NCBI RefSeq assembly: GCF_006345805.1
Contig: NC_043001.1
Coordinates: forward strand, 30,256,001-30,320,000
From: Octopus sinensis
Lineage: Eukaryota
Length of the DNA stretch: 64,000 nucleotides
Direction: 5' to 3'
Below the pieces are notes generated by a model, which saw only the letters and a program-made list of their open reading frames with translations, searched no databases and was not told the origin of the DNA. Shown here in pieces: positions 12,617 through 25,800 of the stretch; position 1 is the stretch's first letter; each line of letters begins with the position of its first letter. Both the position numbers and the translations under genes were made by a program.

Positions 12617-13030
12617 TGGTGAGCTGGCAGAATCGTTAGCACACCGGGCTAAATGCATAGCCGTATTTTGTCTGCCATTACGTTCTACGTTCAAATTCTG
12701 CTGAGGTCAACTTTGCCTTTCATCCTTTCGGGGTCGATAAATTAAATACCAGTTACGCACTGGGGTCGATGTAATCGACTTAATACCTATATATGTCCTT
12801 GTTTGTCCTCTGTGTTTAGCCCCTTGTGGGTAGTAAAGAAATAGGTATTTCGTCTGCCGTTACGTTCTAAGTTCAAATTCTGCCGAGGTCGACTTTGTCT
12901 TTCATCCTTTTGGGGTTGATAAATTAAGTACCAGTTATGCACTGGGGTCGATGTAATCGACTTAAACCCTTTGTCTGTCCTTGTTTGTCCTCTCTATGTT
13001 TAGCTCTTTGTGGGCAATAAAGAAATAAGA
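12617..13030 (+). mobile_element. SINE family D, tandem dimer
   Basis: TGGTGAGCTGGCAG head and two copies of TTTCATCCTTTCGGGGTCGATAAATTAAGTACCAG. A reverse copy lies at 42685-42913. Confidence 0.8.
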
Positions 13031-13689
13031 AGTGACTTTAGTAATTGATTGTGATAGATATGATTGGCTCATGGAAAGGTTATGTGTATATATTTATATA
13101 TTGGATTGTTCAGTCCACTGCAGAATGGAGGTCTCAGCATGTTCTCTCCACCAACCACATTCTAATGTGGAGGCCATAAATTTGAGCTTGAGATTGTACT
13201 GGTTTGATGAGCCTACTCTGCCATATTGGCTCAATATGGGTTGGCAGAAGGATGCAGTTCTTATACTCATACCTCATACTTCTTATACTCATACTTCGTT
13301 AAGTCAATTACATCAACCTCAATACTTAGCTGGTACTTATTTTATAGACCCTAAAAGGGTGAAAGGCAAAGTCATCCTCAAGAGAATTTAAATTTAGAAC
13401 TTAAGGATGGATGAAATACTGCTAAGCATTTTACCCATCATGTAATGATGTACCCACACTGAATCATGGTTGACTGGCAAATACACAAATCATATATGTT
13501 AAGTACATGTGGTCGATAATGTTTATTACCCTAGCACTACTTCTATTTTATATTTGAACTTATTTTTACATATGCATTGTCCAGGCATACCAGCACATAG
13601 TTTTCACACTATATGCATATAAGTTGCGGACTGGTGGCCTATTCACCTCTGATTCGGTTCAGGTACATGATGTTAATAAGCCACCAAAA

Positions 13690-13970
13690 TGATAATAATA
13701 AGATAATAATGAAATTATTGTATACAGTGCTCAGGTGCACCACAACTTGTCAAAAGTGCGTATAAAGCATATGCAGTAATGTACAAATGTCTGGAAAGTG
13801 AACAGTGTATGAGTCAGATACATGCTTGCGTGTGTATGGAGGGGAGAAAATCAGGTGTAGTGTTGGTGAATCTCAGGAAGCATGGAAGTTTTGAAGGATG
13901 CAGTGCTCCGGCAACTAGCAACTGATGCCAGCAGTTTGTTCCATGCTTCAGCAACTCTAAGCATGAAAAA
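13690..13970 (-). mobile_element. LINE-like 3' end with (ATT)n tail, inserted in another repeat
   Basis: The terminus GTGCACCTGAGCACTGTATACAATAATTTCATTATT is shared with 33350-33392. The flanks rejoin to match the repeat at 38900-39100. Confidence 0.6.
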
Positions 13971-14339
13971 ATGTTTCCAAAAGTCATGAAACATCGATGT
14001 CTATCACTCCTAAATAAGATTTGGGGCAAGTTGTCTTACCTGTCCATGACTTTCAAGTGTTTTAACACTCAGTGCTTTGAGAGAGTAATCTTCACCACAC
14101 CATATTGCAGCCTACTGGCAAATACATGGGGCATATCATTCACACATAGTAGTGTGTGAATAATATTCTTAAGGTCACCTTTTGCTCGCTTGTGGCCAAT
14201 TTAATGCTTTACCACTCATTCATTCTTAGCTCAATCTTAATTCGGTTTTTTGCACTATGATGGACCAGTGGTAAGCTACATTTTGAAATAAAATGATCGA
14301 AATTTGGTTCAGCAGAAAAAAGTTATGATAAAAAATGTA

Positions 14340-14860
14340 GGGCCTAATATTTACTTTGATTTGTAATTTCTCAGTTATTTAAAAGAAAAACTATATTTTA
14401 ATTATATCCTGTTAAAAGATCTCGATGAGTAGAATCTTCTGGTGAAGATCTCATTAAAAGATATTAGATAAAAAAAAAAGTATGTAGCTTTAAGTAGCCA
14501 ACATATTGGTATGTAATGCCTAATATTGACTTTGACTCAAAATATTTTAAATATGTAAAAAGTAAACTCTACTTTAATTACACCCTTTTAAAAGATCTAA
14601 ATGAGTAGAATCTTCTGGTGAAGACCTTGTTAAAAGATATTAGATAGAAAAAAGTTGTGTAGCCTTAAGTAACCAAAAAATTGGTAAGTAATGCCTAAGA
14701 TGAACTTTAACTCAACATATGTCAGCAATTTGAAAAGCAAACTACACCTTATTTGAGTTCAAATGAAAGATGTCCACCAGCTGTATCTTTTCTTACTAAC
14801 TCCATAAAAGTATATTAAAGAGAAAAAAGTTATGCAGCCTTCAATAATTGTCATTTGTAA
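14340..14860. repeat. diverged tandem repeat, ~176-bp unit, about 3 copies
   Basis: GCCTAA.AT..ACTTT recurs at about 14342, 14518 and 14693. GATGAGTAGAATCTTCTGGTGAAGA occurs twice. Confidence 0.75.
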
Positions 14861-15039
14861 ATATTTGTCTTACTTGCAATTACAAAGATATTTAAATGAC
14901 AACTTTTCAATAAAAGGCAAACAGAAAATCCAGTCTATAATTGTTTTGTTTTTTAGTTGTCCTGCTCTCCTAATTCCTTTGGCTCCTCATTGCTCATAAC
15001 TAGTGCTTTATATATTTTATTATTGCTCTCTTTTTTATT

Positions 15040-15432
15040 TCTTTTACTTGTTTCAGTCATTTGACTGTGGCAATGCTGGAACACCACCTTTAGTCAAGCA
15101 AATCAACCCCAGGACTTATTCTTTGTAAGCCTAGTACTTAATCTATCGGTCACTTTTGCCGAATCACTAAGTTACGGGGATGTAAACACACCAGCATTGG
15201 TTGTCAAGCGATGTTGGGGGGACAAACACAAACACACAAATATATACACACACAGACATATATATATACGATGGGCTTCTTTCAGTTTCTGTCTATTAAA
15301 TCCACTCACAAGGCTTTGGTCGGCCCAAGGCTATAGTAGAAGACACTTGCCCAAGGTGCCATGCAGTGGGACTGAACCCAGAACCATGTGGTTCGTAAGC
15401 AAGCTACTCACCACACAGCCACTCCTACACCT
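15040..15432 (-). mobile_element. SINE family A
   Basis: Reverse complement of 1861-2240. Confidence 0.85.
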
Positions 15433-16139
15433 ATTAAAAAATTTATTCTAAATAGGCAGATTTCATAATATTCATTTTAGAATTTTTAACAAAAATGAAT
15501 AGGCATCAATAAGAAATGAAATAATATGACAAAGAAGGCTAAATTTATTATTAGAATAAAAATTATTAATTTTTCTGCATCACCTGTAAAAAACAGGGGA
15601 CTAGAATGAAAAATTCAAGCAAGGGATAACAATATTCTTAAGTATTTAATAAACACATAAAATTACAGGTCAAGAAGCCTGAAATAAGAGGAAAGAGTTT
15701 AAAATATTGCTGCTAAAATAAAATTTGAATGGGTTGCCAGTTAAATAAAATATTCATATAAGCCAAGCTATTCAATACTGATCAATTATCTTTCACCCAA
15801 ATTATTTTACTATTGCTAAGCTTAACTGCAAATAAATTTTAAATTATTTTAATTTAAAGTGATAACTGCCATAGTAAAGTAAAGTGATAACTGCCATAGT
15901 ATTTTGTAACATTAATAATTAAAATTTTTTTATCTATAATTTTTTACAAATTTTTTACTATGGTAAAATTTAAGCCTATTTAAGTAATCAAATGTATACT
16001 TTGTTTTATTTTTGGCAAAATTATTTTATTTACTTTTAAAATATTAATTTTTAGTTAGTTAACTGTTTGTCAGTTCATTTTACTGTTAGGTAAATCTAAG
16101 TTTCTCTCAAATAAATGCAGATATCATAGAGTTAATCAT

Positions 16140-16477
16140 GGGAGACCTCCTTCGGTCATGAATGACCATGAGATTGCACCTAGAAAGTTACCCTCCCAGG
16201 TACAAGTCCGGGCAAGGTTGTTTATGGAAGGCCAGCCGTCGCCCATGCATACCAGCCTCCCCTCTCCACACTACTGATGTCATCCCAGGGAAAGGCAAAG
16301 GCCGATACGGCTTGGCACCTGTGACATCACAACTCATTTCTACAGCTGAATAAACTGGAGCAACGTGAAATAAAATGTCTTGCTCAAGAACACAACATGC
16401 AGCCCGATCCAGGAATCGAACTCACAACCTCACAATCGTAAGCTTGACACTCTAACCACTGAGCCATGCGCTTTCAC
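16140..16477 (-). mobile_element. SINE family C with 12-bp target site duplication
   Basis: TSD AGAGTTAATCAT at 16128-16139 and 16478-16489. Reverse match to 182-523. Confidence 0.9.
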
Positions 16478-16595
16478 AGAGTTAATCATACTGAAAGAAA
16501 ATAAAGATCATCTTTATCACACTGTATTAATAATACATAAGAGCACTCAGAGAGTGCAAACCTCCACCAAGGGAACATCAACATCTTCTCAATGA

Positions 16596-16905
16596 TTAAC
16601 CAGGAATGATTAAAATGAGAATATCTGAAATAAACTCACCTGCTCTCACAAACGAGAATACTAAAAATGAACCCAACCATTCTCAAAAATTAAGTAAAAA
16701 AATAAAAATAGGAAAAATAATCCAGGATCCTTGTCTGGTACTGGATCGATCCGAAAATAAAATCAGTTTGTGCCAGTCACAAGGCCAAACATCCTAAAAG
16801 TCTCATTCGAATCCATCCAGTGGTTCTTGAGATATCTTGTCCACAGTCAAAAAAACAAACACAACTGCAAACAATACCTCTGCCTTTGCTAAGGTGGAGG
16901 AAATA
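16596..16905 (+). mobile_element. non-autonomous Helitron-like repeat
   Basis: CATCCAGTGGTTCTTGAGATATC motif and 3' hairpin CCTCTGCC...GGTGGAGG (16877-16900), typical of such elements. Boundaries approximate. Confidence 0.4.
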
Positions 16906-17159
16906 AACAAAAATGAATCTGTTTCAACAAGCAAAGTTGCTAGTTCTAAAATCTCTATAAGAGATGTAAGTAGTAACTCTACTGATATGTAATGGCTGTT
17001 ACCACCCCAAAGTGGTTGTTCTGCATAGAACAATGTTACTACTCTTTTTAACCCCTGGAGGACACCTCTAGCTGGTTAATGACACAATATCTGTGTCCAA
17101 TATAGTGCAAACAAGGGAGCAAACAACTCTCACCTAGTAATGACAATTTTTATTTGATA

Positions 17160-17607
17160 TATAAAAGGGCACCATTCAAGTGGGATCGTTACCAGCGTCA
17201 CTTTACTGGCACTTGTGCCCGTGCTAGTAGGGTTCCAAGAGCACCATCTGAGCATGATCGTTGCCAGAGCAACCAACTAGCTCCGTGCCAGTGGCATGTA
17301 AAAGGGCACCATTCAAGCGTGATCATTACCAACGTCACCTTACTGGCACCTGTGCCGGTGGCATGTGTAAAAAGATTCGAGCGAGGTCATTGCCAGTACT
17401 GCCTGACTGGCCCCGTGCTGGTGGCACATAAAATGCACCCACTACACTTTCAGAGTGGTTGGCATTAAGAAGGGCATCCAGCTGTAGAAACCCTGCCAGA
17501 TCAAGACTGGAGCCTGGTGCGGCCGTCTGGTTCGCCAGCCCTCAGTCAAAATCGTCCAACCCATGCTAGCATGGAAAGCGGACGTTAAACGATGATGATG
17601 ATGATGA
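17160..17607 (+). mobile_element. SINE family B
   Basis: Body motifs and (GAT)n tail. Confidence 0.85.
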
Positions 17608-18061
17608 CAGGAATTTATGATAAAGTATCAGATTATTTATATCAAATTTTATATTTAGCTGCAGTATTTTAAGCTCTTTTCTTTTATTTTAGGCTCTTGT
17701 TCTGTATTTTATTTTACCTCTTGTTCTGTATTTTTCTATGTTTATTAAATACTTAAGAATATTGTTATTCCTTGCTCGCATTTTTCGTTCTAATATGTTA
17801 AGTATGTGTAAATGGACTTCTTTCAGTTTCCATGTACTAAATAATTTCACTAAGCTTTGGTTGGCTTGGGGATATAGAAGACACTTGTTGAAGATACCAT
17901 GCAGTCAGACTGAAGCCAGAATCATGCAGCTGGGAAACAAACCTCTTACCACACAGTCACACCTGTACAACACATCCACAGCCACACCTGTACAACTTTC
18001 TGAATTTGGCTGTTTGTAATGTTTTTACAAGAAAATTTAATCAAATTGCGATGAAACAAAT

Positions 18062-18289
18062 TTAACCCTTTCGTTACCAACCCGGCTCAAACCGGCTTTG
18101 GCTCTGAGTACAAATGTCTTGTTTTCATAAGTTTTGAATTAAAATCTTCCACCAAACCTTTGTCACAATTTATGTTCCTAGCACTAGCTGAATGATAACT
18201 AAGTTATTTTACTAAATTTTTTGTTATATTTAAAGTAATTGAAAGAAACACAGAGCCTCTCAAAATAAATACAGTAACAGAAAGGTTAA
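18062..18289. mobile_element. piggyBac-like MITE
   Basis: TTAA at both ends, with imperfect TIR CCCTTTCGTTAC / GTAACAGAAAGG. Confidence 0.7.
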
Positions 18290-18509
18290 CTAGCCCTTGC
18301 AATAACAATGATAACTTGAAGGGACATGTCAAGGTGATGATTAAAACGAAGAGCCTGCAGTTGTGAATATGGTTGATAATTATGTTGATTTGCAACAAAT
18401 TATACTTAGTAAAATATATTCCATGCAGAAGGAAAGTTATGGAATTCAATTTCATAATTCCATATATCTTTTAAAAATGTGTGTAATGGTAATATGAAAC
18501 TTATAGAAT

Positions 18510-19110
18510 CATCATCTTCATCATCATCGTTTAATGTCTGCTTTCCATGCTAGCATGGGTTGGTCAATTTGACTGAGGTCTGGTGAACCAGATGGCTACA
18601 CCAGGCTCCAATCTGATCTGGCAGAGTTTATACAGCTGGATGCCCTTCCTAACGCCAACCACTCCGAGAGTGTAGTGGGTGCTTTTACGTGCCACCTGCA
18701 TGAGGGCCAGTCAGGCGGTACTTGCAACAGCCTCACTCAAATGGTGCTTTTTATGTGCCACCTGCACAGGAGCCAGTCCAGCAGCACTGGCAACGACCTC
18801 GCTTGAATGTTTTTTCATGTGCCACCACCACAAGTGCCAGTAAGGCGACGCTGGTAACCATCACGCTCAAATGGTGCTTTTTACATGCCCACCAGCATGG
18901 AAGCCAGACAGCTGTTCTGGCAATGATCCTGCTCAGATGGAGCTGTTAACGCTCCACTGTCACAAATGCCAGTCATTGAATTTGGTTCAATTTCGATTTC
19001 ACTTGCCCGAACAGGTCTTCACAAGCAGAGTTTAGTGTCCAATGAAGGGAGGTTGGCATGGGTGCCAAGCAGAGTTTAGTGTCCCATGAAGGGAGGTTGG
19101 CATGGGTGCC
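18510..19110 (-). mobile_element. SINE family B with a local 40-bp tandem duplication at its end
   Basis: (CAT)n start and reverse body. AAGCAGAGTTTAGTGTCC..TGAAGGGAGGTTGGCATGGGTGCC occurs twice. Confidence 0.8.
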
Positions 19111-19544
19111 ATGATATATCTTTTTAAAATGTGTGTAATGGTAATATGAAACTTATAGAATAAACTACTTCAATAAATGATTTTGTTGTATCACAAGAGG
19201 GTTGTTATGCTAATAATATACATATGCCTTACTCTGTTTTATCTCTATAATTATCACTTGTCAATTGGTTAACATGTAACCAACTAACTAATCGATTGTT
19301 TGATTAATCTTTCAGTCAATTAATTAGCTAAATGATTAGTCAAACAGTTGATTACTTAATTGGTTAAATGTTAGCTAGTTGACTAATAATGATTAAAGAA
19401 ATGAATAGAATCAGTGTTTGTGTTTACTATTGGCATAATTATCCACCTGAGATATGAAAATATGTTTCAACACAAGAATTCATATCAAGAATCTTGAAAG
19501 CCATTTACAAAAACAAAATAATAAATTATTCATTTTTCAGAATC

Positions 19545-19602
19545 ATGAAGCAAATTGTTCTGTTTCTTGGAATTTTTCTCCAAATAAATTTAGCAACATC
19601 TT
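19545..19602 (+). CDS. first coding exon (signal peptide) of the giant repeat protein
   Basis: CATTTTTCAG|AATC ATG, then MKQIVLFLGIFLQINLATS plus T|GTAAGT. Basic n-region, hydrophobic h-region, small-residue c-region. The consensus phase-1 donor matches the acceptor at 22841. Confidence 0.8.
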
Positions 19603-19627
19603 GTAAGTATCATGAAAATGCTTTTTC

Positions 19628-20150
19628 TATATCTATTATATAAAATCCATTCTGTCTGTCTGTGCGTGTGTCTTCTAGGATCTCGGGCATCCTCCATCCG
19701 ATTGCGCTCAAATTTGATATGTAGATACCGACAGTATCAGGGTGTGTATAACTCTTGAAAAAAATTACAAAAATCAATTCCAGGTGAGAATGCGATTGAT
19801 AAAGCCGAGGAAACGTGCATTTGTACATGCAAGTACATCAGCTGTTGCGATCGATTTTCCATCTAGATTTACCTCCAGCTAACCCATTTGCATGCATCGT
19901 TTTTGTCTTGCTTTTCTTCCATCAACATGTACATAATTGCACCTTCCATTTTTTGTTGTTTTTGTACTGCTTAAAGGCACGTTTCTTTCCTGCCAAGCTT
20001 ACTTGTTTAAACCATGTTTGTGTTCTCCTCATCAACAGCCTTATCATTACTGGTACTTTAAACTCTTCAGTTGCATATTTGTGTGAATAAAATCGTTTTT
20101 CTTTGGAATAGAAAAAAAGTCTATATTTCTTCTTTTGCTGGTGTCTCAAA
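19628..20150 (+). mobile_element. Helitron-like non-autonomous element
   Basis: Starts ATCTATTATATAAAAT..TCTGTCTGTCTGTG, as Helitron-N 5' ends do. The 3' boundary is uncertain. Confidence 0.45.
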
Positions 20151-21059
20151 TTTAGGTTAAATCAATGTTTCTCAAAGGGGAGGCCTATGGGACGGTCGGA
20201 CAAGTTGTTTTGAGAAAATTTGGTTTCAGTGCTTGACAACTCAGCACTGTCTATTGGACGGGGTTGGGGGCGTTTTGCTCTCTGTATATATTACCTCAGA
20301 AAATTTTGCTCTACAGTAAATATTTTATTTTACTATAAATGATTTTACTTCAAAATATTTTACATTCAAATGAAATAAAACATTAGAACAATGATAAAAA
20401 TGTTTTTATTGTTAAAATTCAATTTAATTTTTACTATTCTTATATTGGCTTTAATATCTAATGTATATACCTTTGCTCAACCAATGCAAATACCAATTTG
20501 GTTTCACAGAATTTTTTGAATTTGTAGTACTACTCTTCTCATTTATAAATTTATACTCTATCAACTCTACTATTTTCTAATATTAATTGCCTTTTGAGAT
20601 TGAAATATAGTAACAATATCGTTTAAATTCTACACACCATCTATTCTTTCTTTCTGCATTCTTAGCTAAAATCTATAATCTGTAGGCTTTCCTAACTTAA
20701 ATAGTGTAATATATTCTCAGACACTGCGTAAAAGTTTGTAAATTGACCATACAGATCATCATCATCTTCACCTTCATTTGACATCCACTTTTCCATGCTT
20801 GCAATATCAGAGGGAATTTTTTGAGGCAGATATTCTATGGCCAGATGCCCTTCCTGTTTCCAACCCTCACCTGCTTCCACGTGAGGCAATATTTTCCTGT
20901 AGTCAGACATGTTTTTCATGGAAAACAGGAAACAAACAACAACAATAAGGATGCTTGTTTACAACTATCAAGTGATATTAAGACACACACACACACACAC
21001 ATACATACACACATACACACATATATATATACTATATATATATATGTGTGTGTGTGTGT

Positions 21060-21285
21060 GCACATTAGGCTCAGATGTGGCTTTATGGTAAGAAGCTTGC
21101 TTCCCAACTACATGGTTTTGGGGTTCAGTCCCTTGCATAGTATCTTAGGCAAATGTCTTCTTCTGTAGCCTCAGGCCAACCAAAGCCTTGTAAGTGGATT
21201 TAGTAGACGGAAACTGAAAGAAGCCCATCGTATATGTGTGTGTGTGTGTGTGCGTGTATGAGTATGTGTGTGTGTGTGTGTATGG

Positions 21286-21320
<35 letters not shown>

Positions 21321-21520
21321 TGTGTGTGTATGTGTGTGTATGGGTGTATCTTTGTGTCTGTGTTTGTCTCCCACCCACTTCACAACTGGTGTCAGAGTGT
21401 TTATGTCCCTGTAACTTAGTTGTTTGGCAAAACAGACCAATAGAATAAGTACTTTGGTCGGCCCGAGGCTATAGTAGAAGACGCTTACCCAAGGTGCCAC
21501 ACAGTGGGACTGAATCTATA
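21060..21520 (+). mobile_element. SINE family A with expanded (TG)n, fused to an inverted head fragment
   Basis: Family A motifs. Explains the His/Thr and Cys/Val ORFs here. Confidence 0.75.
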
Positions 21521-22840
21521 ACTGACACATTATAAAACATTTTAGTTGCATTCAGTATTATCTGTAATGGAGTAAAATAAAAACTAGTACTCAATAGACC
21601 AGTGGTTCATAACCAGGTAGTCATGACCCCTGAGTGGGTCATTTGGGGTTTCTCGGGGGTGGGGGAGGGGTCACAGAGGATTTGGGAGAAAGCGATTCCT
21701 TAGACTAATGTAGATTTGTTATACTGCTCTCTCCTTCGTCCTTTCCCTCTCAACTGTGTCATTATTCTGCTATTCTTCATCCCTTTCCACACTGTCGGTC
21801 ATCTCCTACACTCTTCCTACATCCCCCAATTCATCCGTATGATTAATCACCCATACCCTTTATCCATCATTCACTACATCCACTAATCAACCCTACCCAA
21901 TCTACGCAGTCATCACCTGCTCTTCTTTACCTTCCCTCTAAATTTATTTATCATCCTTCAAGATTTGTTCACCTTTCATTATGTTCAAAAACACACACAC
22001 ACATACACACCTTATCTATCCCCTACCTCTAATCCATCTCTCACCCTCCCCATACACTCATGCAACAGTCTACCCACCAACACTCCTTGTTCTTCTATCT
22101 CCACTGATTTCTGCCTGAAACTTTTAAAGGCACACCTTGACTTCTCATCATAACTATTTTTATCTCACTCTAGCTCCAAATGGTCAGTCTCACTTTCTCT
22201 TCTATAATGCAAGTCCCCATGTAGCTAACTCTGCTAAACTAAGAAACCTGTTCTGTTCTGGCCCCCTCTCTCATAATTTAACCCTTATATACTACCATAA
22301 AGCTGCATCTTTCTCTACTGTAGTCCCACTCAGCTGAAGGGCATCTTGTTTTACAAGCTGCATAACAATCTCACTAATACTGAGGTCACAAAAAAAGTAC
22401 ACTCAATAAAGTGGCTGGCATGCATAAGCACATCCGGCTGTAGAAACCATGCCAAAGCAGACACTGGAGCATGATCATCATCATCATCCTCATCGCTTAA
22501 CGTCTGCTTTCTATGCTAGCATAGGTTGGACGATTTAACTGAGGACGAGTGAACCAGATGGCTACACCAGGCTCCAATCTTGATTTGGCAGAGTTTCTAC
22601 AGCTGGATGCCCTTCCTAATGCCAACCACAGTCTTCAAATCTGTTGGATCCTGACAAACCATTCAGCCTATGCCAGCATGGAATATGGACTTTAAAAGAT
22701 GATGAAGATGATATATGAGTGAGAGTGTGTATGTGTGCGTTTGTGAGTGTATAAATGTTTGCTTGTGTATACACACAAATAAACACACTCAAAAATGTTT
22801 CCTTTTTCATATTATTGATTAACATATATTTACTTTCCAG

Positions 22841-25800
22841 ATAAGTGGCCATCATACATTTCTGCAAATATGCCAGTTCTTTTGTCGAATACTGTTCAAG
22901 AGACAAACAAATACCCAAACGAGGCTTCTGGGAAATTAGTAACTAAATTAGTACCAACAACACAAATTCAACAACCAGAAAATATACAGCAATCTTCACT
23001 GTCACAAATGACATCCATTAATCCATTTAAACAAACAAAACCTATAAATCCTCTGATGGCAAAATTCTTGAGAACACGTGATGTATATGCACCAGAAAGA
23101 CAATACAGAGAGGTGAAGAGAATTGAAGTGATTCCAGAAGCTGAAAATAAAGTAATTTTACCATTATCACCAATATCAATGAAGAATAACATAGAAAGAA
23201 TATTTCCAAGTTTAAAAACAAAAAATTGGATAAAAACAGATAGGAAAATTGGACAAGTTGAAAAAAAGATTTTGAAAGAACTTTACAGAACATTGAGGAA
23301 GAAGCAAATGTCACTTAATAGAATGCCTGTGACAACGGAGAGAATGAAAACTGATAGTGAGAAACCATTGGATCTAGCAATAAAAGAAGTAGTAGAAAGC
23401 ATGTTGAAGAAAAATGTTATGCAAGAAAAAATGTTAGGATTGAAACCAAGAATAACAAAAGAAATGATAGAAAATTATTCACAAGAAAAAGAGCCAAAAA
23501 ATTCAAACAGGGAAATATTTGTGAAAGACACAATTCTAAAACTATTACCAAGTCTAATAAAGAATATCTCTTACAAAAGAATGCAAGAAATTGAAAGAAA
23601 AAATAGACATGAAGGAAGGCAGAGAAGGGATGCAAGAATATTGTTAACAGGAACAAAACAAGGGATATTTCAAGAGGCAGATCCTAGGTTATCAAGAATA
23701 GGACTAGAGAAGTCACCTAAACCAGTGGTAGGAGTTTTGCCAGGAATTGCAAAAGTTATGACACCTGGCCAAGAACAAAATGTCTTAACTAGAACAAATC
23801 ATAGAAACTCACCTGTCATAGTGTATCCTGCAAATGTACAAAGGATCTTGCCAAGAATGAATTACCAAAAGTTACCAGGATTATTACAAATATACCAGCC
23901 AAATATATTAGTAAGGAACAAGGAGAATGTAGTATCCAGACCATCCTATGCAATGTTCCCAGTAATGGCTCCAAATGTATTAGCTGCATCAGTACCAGCT
24001 GTTATTCAAAGAACACCAGACAATGCAGGAACTCATGGACTTTTACAAGATGTAAGGCAAGATATGTATAATGAAAACATTAATAGAATGCCAAAAATGT
24101 TACAAAATGGTGTAACAGGAATGATACAAAATGAGGCGCCAGTAATGGTACAAAGCTTGGTACCAGAGAAGGTTCATGTTGTAATGCCAGGAACACTTCA
24201 AAGTAATGCGGCAGGAATGCTGCAAAACGGTATGCCAGGAATGCTACAAAATGGTATGTCAGGAACACTGCAAAACAGTATGCCAATGATGCTACAAAAT
24301 AGTAGGCCAGGAAAGCTGCAACATGGTATGCCAGTAATGCTGCAAAATGGTAGGCCAGGAATTGCACAAAATGGTATGCCAGGAATGCTACAAAATGGTA
24401 TGTCAGGAACACTGCAAAACAGTATGCCAATGATACTACAAAATAGTATGCCAGGAAAGCTGCAACATGGTATGCCAGTAATGCTGCAAAATGGTAGGCC
24501 AGGAATTGCACAAAATGGTATGCCAGGAATGCTACAAAATGGTATGCCAGGAACACTGCAAAATAGTATGCCAATGATGCTACAAAATAGTATACCAGGA
24601 AAGCTGCAAAATGGTATGCCAGTAATGCTGCAAAATGGTAGGCCAGGAATTGCACAAAATGGTATGCCAGGAATGCTACAAAATGGTATGTCAGGAACAC
24701 TGCAAAACAGTATGCCAATGATACTACAAAATAGTATGCCAGGAAAGCTGCAACATGGTATGCCAGTAATGCTGCAAAATGGTAGGCCAGGAATTGCACA
24801 AAATGGTATGCCAGGAATGCTACAAAATGGTATGCCAGGAACACTGCAAAATAGTATGCCAATGATGCTACAAAATAGTATACCAGGAAAGCTGCAAAAT
24901 GGTATGCCAGTAATGCTGCAAAATGGTAAGCCAGGAATTGCACAAAATGGTATGCCAGGAATGCTGCAAAATGGTATGCCAGGAATGCTGCAAAATGGTA
25001 GGCCAGGAATTGCACAAAATGGTATGCCAGTAATGCTGCAAAATGGTAGGCCAGGAATTGCACAAAATGGTATGCCAGGAATGGCACAAAATGGTATGCC
25101 AATAATGCTGCAAAATGGTATGCCAGGAATGGCACAAAATGGTATGCCAGGAATGCTGCAAAATGGTATGCCAGTAATGCTGCAAAATAGTATGCCAGGA
25201 ATGCTGCAAAATGGTAGGCCAGGAATTGTACAAGGTGTAATGCAAAAATCTCAAGAAATCATATCACCAGGAATGGTGCAAGTTATGATACCTGGAAGTA
25301 TGCAAAATGTGATACCTGAAATAAGAGCAAGAAAAATGCAACATGTAATAAGCGGAGAAGATAAAAAAATGATATCAAAAACTGTTCAAGATACAGCAAA
25401 TACATATGCCAATTCAAGGCAACAAAATGATGAAAAAATGTTAAAAAATGACAACAAACAAGAAATATTTAAAAAGAATTCTATAAATAATTTGACAAAT
25501 GAGGAGAAAAAACAGTCAATAGAAAATTGGCAAATATCAAGAACATTACATGCACCATATCTAGAATTGAATAAAAACCCACATAATATGTATGGGAATA
25601 TATTTGAAACAAAGGAATTTAAAATTCAAGGAATCCCAGTTAGGCCATCATCAGGAAGCTTGCAACAAATGTTACCACAAATTTCCCATAGACTGCAAGT
25701 GCTATCTGGATCTGTGCAACAACCACCATTAACTATTCAAAAGATGAGGGTTCAATTAGAACCATATAAATCTGAAAGGAATCAATATATGTTACCGGGA

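Noticed and set aside
16847-16965. KKTNTTANNTS...SIRD exon candidate with a GTAAGT donor
   Set aside because: The first half lies in the end of a Helitron-like repeat, and the phase-0 donor fits no downstream acceptor I found.
19207-19267. MLIIYICLTLFYLYNYHLSI, an alternative signal-like start
   Set aside because: Weak GTTAAC donor. The 19545 exon has far better signals.
24080-25254. Antisense ORFs with AYHFAAFL / HTILQHSW repeats
   Set aside because: Shadows of the 24-bp coding array 1.
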